A DNA stretch of 64,000 nucleotides from Candidatus Cloacimonadales bacterium (GTDB taxonomy: Bacteria; Cloacimonadota; Cloacimonadia; Cloacimonadales; JAFGVF01), in the NCBI GenBank assembly GCA_963677495.2, contig CAXXOU010000002.1:164070-228069 (forward strand), read 5' to 3'. The notes under the pieces were generated by a model that saw nothing but the letters and a program-made list of their open reading frames with translations, ran no database searches and was not told the origin of the DNA. Below, piece by piece: positions 1 through 8,225 of the stretch. The first letter of the stretch is position 1. Each line of letters starts with the position of its first letter. Position numbers and translations under genes: made by a program.

Positions 1-385
1 CTTGCTCTAGCTTTTTGTCCGGTTGCATCAATGCTGTTGCAGTGATTAGACCGTTTACAGGATCAGCAATCCATAGACACTTCTCTATCTGAGTCTCAAG
101 TTCTTTATGCTTATTATGAGCTTTGATTGCATCAAGTGCATGTTGAGGTAAGTCAATATCCGCTAAGAGTTCCATTGCTTTAAGAGCATGCTGGTCAAAG
201 TCTTCACCAATAATATCAAGGTCAATATCATGTAATAGGCCTGTGAGATAGTACTCATCTCTATTCTCATTAAATCTTTCAGCTAATGCTTCCATAACAT
301 AAGCAGTTGCAAGACAGTGCTTAATAGTATTTGGGGTAGTAACGTGCTTTTTCAACAGTTCAAAAGCTTCATCTCTTTTTATCAT
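1..385 (-). CDS. HD/HDIG-domain metal-dependent phosphohydrolase (the C-terminal part runs off the window start)
   Basis: My own translation of the minus strand starts at the ATG complementary to 383-385. It reads MIKRDEAFELLKKHVTTPNTIKHCLATAYVMEALAERF...LTGLLHDIDLDIIGEDF. The H...HD signature is typical of the HD superfamily. An ATGA start/stop overlap links it to the downstream ORF. It is absent from the ORF track because it is truncated. Confidence 0.6.
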   Translation of the reverse strand, partial: MIKRDEAFELLKKHVTTPNTIKHCLATAYVMEALAERFNENRDEYYLTGLLHDIDLDIIGEDFDQHALKAMELLADIDLPQHALDAIKAHNKHKELETQIEKCLWIADPVNGLITATALMQPDKKLEQ

Positions 386-1185
386 GATTTTTTATCTCCA
401 TATTTTCTGAGTATTTCATAAGCTGTAACAGCATAGCTAACAGCCACGTTCAATGAGTTCTTTCTACCTCTCACAGGTATCCTTAATATGTTATCACACA
501 TCTGCAATATCTCCGGTGATAGCCCCAGAGCTTCATTACCCATAACTATTGCTAATGGTGTTTTTAAGTCGTATTCATACAAGTTAATGCTTGGTTCAGC
601 TGTCTCCATTGCAACTATTGCATATCCGTCTTGTCTCAACTTTTCAATAGCAAAAGAAGTCTCTGCAATGTATTCCCATTCAACTAATTTTGCAGTACCC
701 ATTGAAGTTTCAACCACATCACTCATCTCAGGGGTTGGAGTGATGCCACAACAATATATTTTACTGGCATTTACACATTCAGTAGTTCTAAATATTGATC
801 CTACGTTGAAACTTGATCGTAAGTTATCTAAAACTACGACAATAGGCAATGGTTGTGTTTCACTCGTTTGCTTATCTCTAGTATATATTTGCAGTTCATT
901 CTCTTTAAAACGGTCATTAAGTTTGTTTCTTAAATCAGCTAGATTCAATGAAAACAATCGTTTATCATCAAGGCATTTTGAAAGTTCTTCATACATTCCG
1001 GAGAATTCAAAAGATGAATCGATATAAGCTAAGCAACTAGTATAAGATTGTTTAAGTTCTAAGAATCGAGTACAGTCATTTCTTGAAAGTTCTATTGCTT
1101 TTAAAATCTCCAGTAAGATCCTTAGTTGTTTTTCAAGATTAAAGCTCTTGAATTTCTTTTCTGAGTATATTAAACGTTTTTGCAC
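382..1185 (-). CDS. SpoU/TrmH-family RNA 2'-O-methyltransferase
   Basis: 267-aa ORF. The C-terminal motifs NEALGLS...LRIPVRGRKNSLNVAVSYAVTAYEI match SpoU methylase motifs 2 and 3. Confidence 0.8.
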   Translation of the reverse strand: MQKRLIYSEKKFKSFNLEKQLRILLEILKAIELSRNDCTRFLELKQSYTSCLAYIDSSFEFSGMYEELSKCLDDKRLFSLNLADLRNKLNDRFKENELQIYTRDKQTSETQPLPIVVVLDNLRSSFNVGSIFRTTECVNASKIYCCGITPTPEMSDVVETSMGTAKLVEWEYIAETSFAIEKLRQDGYAIVAMETAEPSINLYEYDLKTPLAIVMGNEALGLSPEILQMCDNILRIPVRGRKNSLNVAVSYAVTAYEILRKYGDKKS

Positions 1186-1196
1186 GTATCTTATTA

Positions 1197-2498
1197 TCAG
1201 CTTCTGAAATCTACTTCTGAGGTCTTAATATGCAGATCTCGTTGTGGGAAAGGAATCTCAATATTGTTCTCTTTAAATGCGTCCCAGATTGCTAAAAGGA
1301 CTTCTGAACGAACGTTAATGATCCCTTTCTGAGGGTCGCGAATCCAAAATTGTAGTTCAAAGTTAACAGAACTATCCCCAAAATCCAATAGAAAGCTTTC
1401 CGGTTTCGGACGTTTTAGTACACGATCAAAATTCTGTGGAATGGTTTCTAGTATCTCTTTAACTCTATGGATGTCTGAATTATATGATACACCAATATTT
1501 GCATTTACTCTAATTAGTCTATTACTGTGGGACCAGTTCACAACAGGTTTAGAAATAAACTCCTCATTAGGTATAAGAATCTCTTTTCCCTCACGAGTAA
1601 CAATCGAAGTATATCGACTACTCATCTCTTTCACTGATCCAAATGTATCTCCTGTTTCAATCACGTCACCGGGTTTAATCGAATCATCCAACAGCAGTGT
1701 GAAACCACTGAGCAGGTTAGAGAATATCTTCTGCAGTCCAATACCGATACCAAGACCTATACCACCGGTAAAAAGAGAAAGTGTTGTCATACTTATTCCA
1801 AGACTTCCCATTAACATAAATCCGGCAAACGCATAGATGAAGTAGGTAATTACTTTACTCAACAGAACTTGCATTGTTGGACGTAAAGACTTACTGTTTT
1901 TTAGTCTTACATCGAGGAAATGAAGTATTTTCTTCATCAACCAGAAGAGGAAAATAGCGAGTATAAAAGTGATTATGATAGAGTAAAGCTCTAGGTTTAC
2001 TTCTCCGAAGTTCAGTTTAATCTTTTGAAGCATCTCCTTCGTTCTTTCCCATACTCCAAGAATACTAAGAATTGCTCTAACCCAGAACCAGACCTGAATC
2101 ACCTTTTTCACAAACATATGGTCAATAATCAGTGTAGTTAACTTTATAATTAACCATATCTGATAGAAGTTAGCAACAATCTTAATGAACGATACAGGCA
2201 GCTTCGCATACATCAATATCTGACTTGCAACACTCAAGAAAATGATTGTAATGATTGGGCTTACAAATCTGTAAACATACTCCATGAACTTCTTGGTTTT
2301 AGGATGATCTTCATTAATCTTAATCTTCTTAAGAGCGATATTAATTATCTTAGTTAGTGGATAAGATGCTACTATTGATGCTGCAACAACTGCCAATTGG
2401 ATAAGGATGTTCCAACCGGTGAAGTTGTTCATCAAGAGTTGGTAAAACTCTTTAAGATACTCTAAAACTATTGCTTGAACTTCTGTGTAATCTGTCAT
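1197..2498 (-). CDS. Mechanosensitive ion channel family protein (MscS-like)
   Basis: 433-aa ORF with several N-terminal TM helices. The MscS core reads LLSGFTLLLDDSIKPGDVIETGDTFGSVKEMSSRYTSIVTREGKEILIPNEEF..VVNWS. Confidence 0.85.
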   Translation of the reverse strand: MTDYTEVQAIVLEYLKEFYQLLMNNFTGWNILIQLAVVAASIVASYPLTKIINIALKKIKINEDHPKTKKFMEYVYRFVSPIITIIFLSVASQILMYAKLPVSFIKIVANFYQIWLIIKLTTLIIDHMFVKKVIQVWFWVRAILSILGVWERTKEMLQKIKLNFGEVNLELYSIIITFILAIFLFWLMKKILHFLDVRLKNSKSLRPTMQVLLSKVITYFIYAFAGFMLMGSLGISMTTLSLFTGGIGLGIGIGLQKIFSNLLSGFTLLLDDSIKPGDVIETGDTFGSVKEMSSRYTSIVTREGKEILIPNEEFISKPVVNWSHSNRLIRVNANIGVSYNSDIHRVKEILETIPQNFDRVLKRPKPESFLLDFGDSSVNFELQFWIRDPQKGIINVRSEVLLAIWDAFKENNIEIPFPQRDLHIKTSEVDFRS

Positions 2499-3598
2499 TA
2501 TTTAATTAAATCCCTGTATAGTTGTTCAATTTGTTTCTGTGAAACTTCGAAAGGATTAAGTGCCATATTACGACTTCCCATCACTTCCTTAACTCGTTTT
2601 GATATGAACTCTTCAGTCATCTCCATCTCTGGAGCATCTAACTTGAAATCATCAAGCCATGCATAAAACTCTAACTTTGTCATCTTGATATTCTCAAACA
2701 GGTCATCCAATTCTCTTTTGATATGTGGATAATAAAGCTCCATCATTGCTTTCATAAAGATACCGTTTGAGAGACCGTGTGAAACACCAAAGACTGTTGT
2801 TACAGGGTATCCAATTGAGTGCTGTAATGTTGTGCTTGAGTGCGAAATGACCATGCCACCGTACAAAGCAGCTTGCATCATTGCAGCTCTAGCTTTCAGG
2901 TTATTCGGTTCTTTTATAGCTGTTTTGAGGTTGTCGATAACCAGCCTTACACCTTTATAAATGAGGGGGTAGGTAAGCTTTTCTCGTTTGTTTGAATATA
3001 ACCCTTCTAATAAGTGACTTAAGGCATCGATTCCGGTGTCTCGTGTGACTTTTGCTGGCATAGAACATGTATATGTAGGATCACAAAACGATATGTTTGG
3101 GAAGATTGCCGGTGAACCAAACCCGGCTTTTTTACTTCTTTCAACATCTGTTATAACGCTATATGGTGTTGCTTCAGTTCCTGTTCCACTTGTAGTAGGT
3201 ACTGCAATAATTGGCAATGCTACATCATAGAAGTTAGGGTCAAAAATGTCTCTCAATCTTATGTTGTTTTTCCCTAAGACAGCAATCGCTTTTGCTGCAT
3301 CTATTGGACTTCCACCACCTATTGCTATTACATAATCACATCTATTATTCTTGCAGATTGCTCTACCTTCTGCAACTGAATCCAATGTTGGATTCTCCAC
3401 TATTTTATCAAAGATAACGTATTCTTGGTTAAGCTCTTCAAGTGCTGCGATAATATCATCCAATGCTCCTGATTTCTTAGCTGAACTTTTACCCGTTACG
3501 ATTAATGGTTTTCTTCCTAGTTTTCTTATTAATCTTGTATTTTCTTGAATGCATCCCTGTCCGAATATGACTCTACTTGGCATAAAAAATGAATTCAT
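2498..3598 (-). CDS. Iron-containing (group III) alcohol dehydrogenase
   Basis: 366-aa ORF. It carries the GGGSPIDAAKAIA dinucleotide motif and histidine-rich metal-site regions (LSHLLEG, HSIGYP) typical of Fe-ADH. Confidence 0.85.
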   Translation of the reverse strand: MNSFFMPSRVIFGQGCIQENTRLIRKLGRKPLIVTGKSSAKKSGALDDIIAALEELNQEYVIFDKIVENPTLDSVAEGRAICKNNRCDYVIAIGGGSPIDAAKAIAVLGKNNIRLRDIFDPNFYDVALPIIAVPTTSGTGTEATPYSVITDVERSKKAGFGSPAIFPNISFCDPTYTCSMPAKVTRDTGIDALSHLLEGLYSNKREKLTYPLIYKGVRLVIDNLKTAIKEPNNLKARAAMMQAALYGGMVISHSSTTLQHSIGYPVTTVFGVSHGLSNGIFMKAMMELYYPHIKRELDDLFENIKMTKLEFYAWLDDFKLDAPEMEMTEEFISKRVKEVMGSRNMALNPFEVSQKQIEQLYRDLIK

Positions 3599-3689
3599 TA
3601 TTACTCCACATATTGTTTTGTTATTAATCTTATATTAATTCTAAAGCTGTCAAATGAAATCTGATTCATTCCAATAGCAAACTATCAAT

Positions 3690-3869
3690 CAAAACGTAGT
3701 CATCCCACTGTTTTCCCACTGTGCAAGCACTGTGCACCCAGTGAAACAGTGGGTTAGCAGTGCCTTCACAGTGCGTGCACAGTGGGAGCACAGTGCGTTG
3801 GTGGATAGAGCAGTAAAAGTGAGTAAAAAGGGCAATAAATATAGCTAAGTTATTGAAAAAGGCACTGTG
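3690..3869 (-). repeat. Family-1 ~180-bp intergenic element, copy A (CACTG/CAGTG motifs phased at 11 bp)
   Basis: The reverse complement aligns along its length with 49647-49826 and 61089-61268. All copies share ...CAATAACTTAGCTA...CCACCAACGCACTG...GCACGCACTGTGAAGGCACTGC.AACCCACTGTTTCACTGGGTGCACAGTGC.TGCACAGTGGGAAAACAGTGGGATGA..CGTTTTG. Confidence 0.85.
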
Positions 3870-3883
3870 TATGTATTCAGAAG

Positions 3884-3988
3884 CGGTCACCATTACGACC
3901 AACGGGAGTTCGGGGAATTGCGACTTAGAAGTACGAAATGTATAAGCTCCGCAATTCCCCAAGCTCGCAAACTCGCACTGGTGACTGC
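3884..3988 (-). repeat. Family-2 ~105-nt double-stem element, copy A
   Basis: The reverse complement aligns with 12921-13028 and 13069-13176. The inner stem is GGGGAATTGCG/CGCAATTCCCC. It overlaps the left half of the 19-bp inverted-repeat element at 3894-4102. Confidence 0.8.
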
Positions 3989-4102
3989 TGCTTTAGCTCG
4001 TGTCCATGAGAGCTTGCGACTTCGACGCAAAGCGAAAGAAGGCAAGCTAATCAGACTTAAGTGGTAAAAATTCAGCTTGGAGTCGAACTCCCGTTGGTCG
4101 TA
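3894..4102. mobile_element. MITE-like element bounded by perfect 19-bp inverted repeats (no transposase)
   Basis: TACGACCAACGGGAGTTCG at 3894-3912 is the exact reverse complement of 4084-4102. The two arms are 171 bp apart. Related arm sequences recur at 12833, 19741, 49546/49607 and 61040. Confidence 0.55.
3993..4064 (+). repeat. Family-3 module (shared with 7680-7751)
   Basis: TTAGCTCGTGTCCATGAGAGCTTGCGACTTCGACGCAAAGCGAAAGAAGGCAAGCTA... aligns at about 80% identity by eye with 7680-7751. It contains an AGCTTGC...GCAAGCT stem. Confidence 0.7.
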
Positions 4103-4608
4103 TGGACTCTAGCTTTTGTGTTTATGATACAAGCCCTTTTGTGTTTCTGATACCAGCCCTTGGGACTGAAACTGAATAGCTATGGGCGCAAGCCCATAGA
4201 ATGGTAAAGCCAAATACCCCAGCCCTTTATGGGCTGAATGTTAAACGCTAATCCTGAATGAAAGGGTTACCTGTGAATAGTCCCGAATACGATTAGAGGT
4301 TCTTGTATACAATAAGTCACTACCCCAATCGGTTGCATTTGGATTGGTGTTGTAGATTGCTGTTTAAAACATATTCGACCCCGTTGGTGTCGTCTGTTTG
4401 TTGGTATTCTCCTAACCATGTATTCCATGGCTACTCACATTTTATCCCGCTGGGATAATGACCACCTACTCGTACTCCTTTTAGTCGAATGGACTCGTGC
4501 TTAGGATATCGGAATATAAACCCCCAAAAAAACATTTGGCACTAGCAACAATTACCACTATAATGTAAAACAAGAACTAAACATGGTATGTAAACACGAA
4601 GATTCTTA

Positions 4609-4771
4609 TTGACATCTTTGTGTTGATTTTAAAGTTCAGAATAAGATTGAATCCTGAGATTAAGGTGAAAACTGAGGTCAAGGGGTGGAAAGATCACTAA
4701 AAGCTACTGCTCCGCCATAGGAGTATTAGATAGATTAACTCCATTCCAGCCTCGGAATAGGAGTTTTTTTA
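4609..4771 (+). promoter_or_regulatory. Promoter plus ~130-nt leader ending in an intrinsic terminator that sequesters the SD of the hydrogenase-maturation operon (candidate attenuator or riboswitch)
   Basis: TTGACA lies at 4609-4614. A hairpin AACTCCATTCC...GGAATAGGAGTT spans 4737-4765 and is followed by T7 (4764-4770), directly abutting the ATG at 4772. The only SD (AGGAG, 4759-4763) sits in the 3' arm of that hairpin. Confidence 0.5.
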
Positions 4772-5020
4772 ATGGAAAAATTAATTAGAACGATTACGAT
4801 TACTGTAACAGACCGAGAAGCTGCTTACAACCCCGTAAACTCTCTTGTGCATGACATTGCACACAACATCCGCTTGCGTACCGGCTATCCAATGCCGGAT
4901 AAGAACGCATCAATTCTATTTCTTATTGTTGAACTTACAAATGATGAACTCGGAGCTTTCTCCGGGAGATTAGGGCAAATACCATCAGTCTCAGTCAAAT
5001 CAACTACGCTTAAAATATAA
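4772..5020 (+). CDS. TM1266-family putative iron-only hydrogenase system regulator (small ACT-like protein)
   Basis: 82-aa ORF immediately upstream of hydG and hydE. Its size, position and IRTITITV...ILFLIVELT pattern fit the small regulator usually found with HydE/HydG genes. Confidence 0.6.
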   Translation: MEKLIRTITITVTDREAAYNPVNSLVHDIAHNIRLRTGYPMPDKNASILFLIVELTNDELGAFSGRLGQIPSVSVKSTTLKI

Positions 5021-5038
5021 AAAAAAGATAAAGAGGTA

Positions 5039-6451
5039 ATGATGAAAATCGATGTAGAAGGCTTAAAATCTTTCATCCCGGAAAAAGAGATCTGGGGATT
5101 ACTGGAAAAGAACGCTGAACCAACCCATGAACAGGTTGAGAAAGTTTTAGAAAAAGCTGCTCTCAAAAGAGGTTTAGACCTTGAAGATGTATCTATCCTT
5201 ATTCAAAGTAAAGAGCAAGGTATGCTTGATAAAATCTTTACTCTTGCAAAGCAGATAAAAGAGGAAATCTACGGACGTAGAATCGTGCTTTTTGCCCCTC
5301 TCTATGTTGGAAATGAGTGTATTAACAACTGCGTTTATTGCGGATTCAGAGTTTCTAACAAAGAGTGCCATCGTGCAACTCTTAGTACCGAAGAACTCAA
5401 GAACGAAGCACTTGCACTTGAGGATTTAGGGCACAAACGCCTTATCATGGTTTATGGTGAACATCCTATGTATTCACCTGAATTCATCAAAGAAACTGTT
5501 GAAACTGTATATGCTACCAAAACGGAGAAAGGTGAGATTCGTCGTGTAAACATTAATGCTGCACCTCTCGATGTGGAAGGTTTCAAGACAGTTAAGTCTG
5601 CCGGAATAGGCACTTATCAGATTTTCCAGGAAACATATCACCAGGAAACATATAAGAAACTGCATCCATCAGGACCAAAGAGCAACTATCTTTGGAGACT
5701 TTACGGCTTAGATAGAGCGATGGAAGCGGATATTGATGACCTTGGTATCGGTGCTCTTCTCGGATTGTATGACTGGCGTTTCGAAGTTATGTCACTTTTA
5801 GCTCATAGTTTCCATTTAGAAGAGAAGTTTGGGGTTGGACCTCATACAATATCTTTCCCTCGTATTGAGCCTGCTCTAGGTAGTGATTATACATTACATC
5901 CTGAATATGCAGTTAGCGATGATGATTTCAAGAAACTCGTTGCTATCCTCCGTCTCGCTGTGCCATATACAGGCATGATTCTTACTGCTCGTGAACCGGT
6001 AGAGATCAGAAATGAAGTTATCAATTACGGTTGCTCCCAGATTGATGGTGGTTCCAGTATCGGTATCGGTGCTTATTCAGCTACAGATGAAGAAACAGTG
6101 AAGAAGAGTCAGTTTGTACTCGGTGATAATCGTTCTCTTGATGAAGTGGTTAAGGAGCTTGCAGAGCATGGCTTTATTCCTTCCTGGTGTACAGCATGCT
6201 ATAGACTCGGTAGAACAGGACATGACTTCATGGGCTACTCAAAAAGCGGAGAGATTAAGAGCTATTGCCAACCTAATGCTATCCTCACATTTACAGAGTT
6301 TCTCAATGACTACGCTTCACCGGAGACTAAGAAAGCCGGAGCTAAACTTATCGAACAAGAGATGCCGAAAGTTCCTGAAGGCAACTTAAAAGAGCAATTA
6401 AAGAAGAAACTAGCTCGCCTGAATGCTGGTGAACATGATATGTACTTCTAA
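5039..6451 (+). CDS. hydG: [FeFe]-hydrogenase H-cluster radical SAM maturase HydG
   Basis: 470 aa with the radical-SAM motif CINNCVYCGF. It is ThiH-like and has the C-terminal Cys motif CTACYR typical of HydG. Confidence 0.9.
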   Translation: MMKIDVEGLKSFIPEKEIWGLLEKNAEPTHEQVEKVLEKAALKRGLDLEDVSILIQSKEQGMLDKIFTLAKQIKEEIYGRRIVLFAPLYVGNECINNCVYCGFRVSNKECHRATLSTEELKNEALALEDLGHKRLIMVYGEHPMYSPEFIKETVETVYATKTEKGEIRRVNINAAPLDVEGFKTVKSAGIGTYQIFQETYHQETYKKLHPSGPKSNYLWRLYGLDRAMEADIDDLGIGALLGLYDWRFEVMSLLAHSFHLEEKFGVGPHTISFPRIEPALGSDYTLHPEYAVSDDDFKKLVAILRLAVPYTGMILTAREPVEIRNEVINYGCSQIDGGSSIGIGAYSATDEETVKKSQFVLGDNRSLDEVVKELAEHGFIPSWCTACYRLGRTGHDFMGYSKSGEIKSYCQPNAILTFTEFLNDYASPETKKAGAKLIEQEMPKVPEGNLKEQLKKKLARLNAGEHDMYF

Positions 6452-6459
6452 AGGACAAT

Positions 6460-7533
6460 ATGAGAAAGTTTAACTTTGATAACCTGAGTCGAGAAGAGAT
6501 TATTGCTCTTCTAGAGACTACAGACAGGAAGGAAGTGGATGCTTTATACAAAGCTGCTTATGCTCAGAAACTAAAAGAGATAGGACCTAATGTCTACCTC
6601 AGAGGAATTGCTGAGATAAGTAACATCTGCACTAAGGATTGCTATTATTGCGGTATTCGCAAGAGTAACAGCAATGTTAATCGTTATAACATGACAAAAG
6701 ATGACATCATCAATGCTGCTAAGTTCTGCCTTGAACATGATTATGCTTCAATTGCTATCCAAGCTGGTGAACGAGATGACCCGGAATGGGTAGACTTCAT
6801 TGAGGAAGTTGTTACTGAGATTCATGCTCTAAGTGACTTTAAACTCGGTATCACACTATCGCTTGGTGAACAAACAAAGGAAACGTTTGCACGCTGGCGT
6901 AAAGCCGGTGCGACAAGGTATCTGCTGAGAATAGAGTCATCTGATCCTGAACTATATAAGAAGTTACATCCTGCAGACCATTCTTTTGAAAAACGACTTG
7001 AAAGCCTTAGGTTCCTTAGAGAAACTGACTATCAGGTAGGAACAGGTGTGATGATTGGTTTACCATACCAGACAGCTGCTAACTTAGCAGATGATATCCT
7101 CTTCATGAAAGAGTGGGATATCGATATGATTGGTATGGGACCTTATATACCACATCATGAAACTCCTCTTGCAGAAGCTGATTATACATTTGATGAAGAG
7201 CGTCAACTTGATCTTGGTCATCGCATGATTGCACTTGTAAGGCTTGTTCTTAAAGATGTGAATATAGCAGCAACTACTGCGCTTCAGGCTCTAGGTGGAG
7301 ATGGACGCATTAAAGGTTTACAGGTCGGTGCCAACATCATTATGCCAATCGTGATTGATGATACAAACTATCGAAAGAACTACTTCCTTTATGATAACAA
7401 ACCCGGTGTTGATGAGAACTGCGAGTCATTCCGCATGAAACTGGAAGACAATATCAAAGCTATTGGTGAGAATATTGTCTATGGAGAACGAGGTGATTCA
7501 AAGCACTACAAAAAGCGAAAAGGTTTAATCTAA
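6460..7533 (+). CDS. hydE: [FeFe]-hydrogenase H-cluster radical SAM maturase HydE
   Basis: 357 aa with the radical-SAM motif CTKDCYYCGIR. It has a BioB-like fold signature and lies adjacent to hydG. Confidence 0.85.
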   Translation: MRKFNFDNLSREEIIALLETTDRKEVDALYKAAYAQKLKEIGPNVYLRGIAEISNICTKDCYYCGIRKSNSNVNRYNMTKDDIINAAKFCLEHDYASIAIQAGERDDPEWVDFIEEVVTEIHALSDFKLGITLSLGEQTKETFARWRKAGATRYLLRIESSDPELYKKLHPADHSFEKRLESLRFLRETDYQVGTGVMIGLPYQTAANLADDILFMKEWDIDMIGMGPYIPHHETPLAEADYTFDEERQLDLGHRMIALVRLVLKDVNIAATTALQALGGDGRIKGLQVGANIIMPIVIDDTNYRKNYFLYDNKPGVDENCESFRMKLEDNIKAIGENIVYGERGDSKHYKKRKGLI

Positions 7534-7566
7534 TAAATTATAACTGCGAACGATAGGGGAGCATGG

Positions 7567-7606
7567 AGCAATTCATGCTCCCTTGTCAATTTTTCGGACT
7601 TGCACC
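7567..7606 (+). terminator. Probable terminator hairpin after hydE
   Basis: A 9-bp stem (GGGAGCATG at 7567-7575, CATGCTCCC at 7584-7592) is followed by TTGTCAATTTTT. Confidence 0.5.
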
Positions 7607-7679
7607 AGTCTTCGCTTAAAAGCTACGCCCTGACAAGCCGCAGTGAAACGTGGGGTGAGGATGAAATCCTTAGCTCGCG

Positions 7680-7751
7680 TCCATAGGAGCTTGCTATTTC
7701 TACGCCAAGCGAAGAATGGCAAGCTATTCTTAAGTCAGTGGGCAGAAGTCC
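7680..7751 (+). repeat. Family-3 module, second copy
   Basis: Aligns with 3993-4064 (TTAGCTCGCGTCCATAGGAGCTTGCTATTTCTACGCCAAGCGAAGAATGGCAAGCTA...). Confidence 0.7.
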
Positions 7752-8225
7752 TTACTGTTATTTGAGACCCCATGTAAAGAATTAAGGAAGTCCGCTTTTA
7801 CTTCACTAGAGATACGCTTCCGGCAAACTCCCTACATTCTTTAGATTACTCATTTTTTCTCAAATTTTACATTAAATTGGCCTTCCGATTCCCTGATGGA
7901 ATCTGGACTAAGAAAGGTGTTTCAAAGGTATCCCACAGGTGACCCTCTCGTGACCCTCTCGTGGAAGGGCTCGATTTATTCACATCATGTGGATAACTTG
8001 AAAATCTAAGCTACACTTTCAAAAGTCACGGGACTGGAAGGGGAGAGGTAGGCGAAATTTGGAAAAGTGGATAAAAAGCGGATATTGAGAAGGGTTATTT
8101 AGTGAAGATGCATTAATCAAAGAAATAGGTTTACAACTTTCAAAACATAGTTATGATTTGAACAATTATAGTGTAATAGGAGAGAAACCGTTAACCAACC
8201 CTAATTTGTAAATAAGGAGAAGAGT

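Noticed and set aside
488-1027. Antisense or overlapping ORFs inside well-supported genes: 488-1027, 1441-1836, 3036-3230, 3351-3548, 4885-5166, 22231-22794, 23783-24235, 29053-29361, 38429-38773, 40541-40903, 48041-48445, 51313-51552, 52540-52917, 62852-63115 and others in the track.
   Set aside because: Each lies entirely within, and opposite to or out of frame with, a longer ORF that has clear family motifs. Their composition is low-complexity and typical of antisense frames in AT-rich DNA, and they lack SD sequences.
3666-4067. ORFs 3666-3962(-), 3867-4067(+), 13096-13329(+), 49466-49666(+), 49536-49739(+) and 49681-49899(+).
   Set aside because: All lie inside the Family-1, -2 or -3 repeat elements. 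Indels between copies shift the frame, so no peptide is conserved. For example, HCEGTANPLFHWVHSACTVGKQWDD in copy A is read in another frame in copy B. They have no SD.
7977-8090. A possible oriC. TTATTCACA (matching TTATNCACA) and TGTGGATAA form an inverted DnaA-box pair at 7977-7997. There is also AGTGGATAA at 8076 and an AT-rich stretch at 7848-7880.
   Set aside because: There are only two consensus boxes and one near-match. About 0.5 perfect boxes are expected by chance in 64 kb counting both strands. No dnaA, dnaN, gidA or parAB gene is nearby, and I cannot compute GC skew. This is insufficient for an origin call. It may be a DnaA-titration or regulatory site. It could be revisited with cumulative GC skew on the full replicon.
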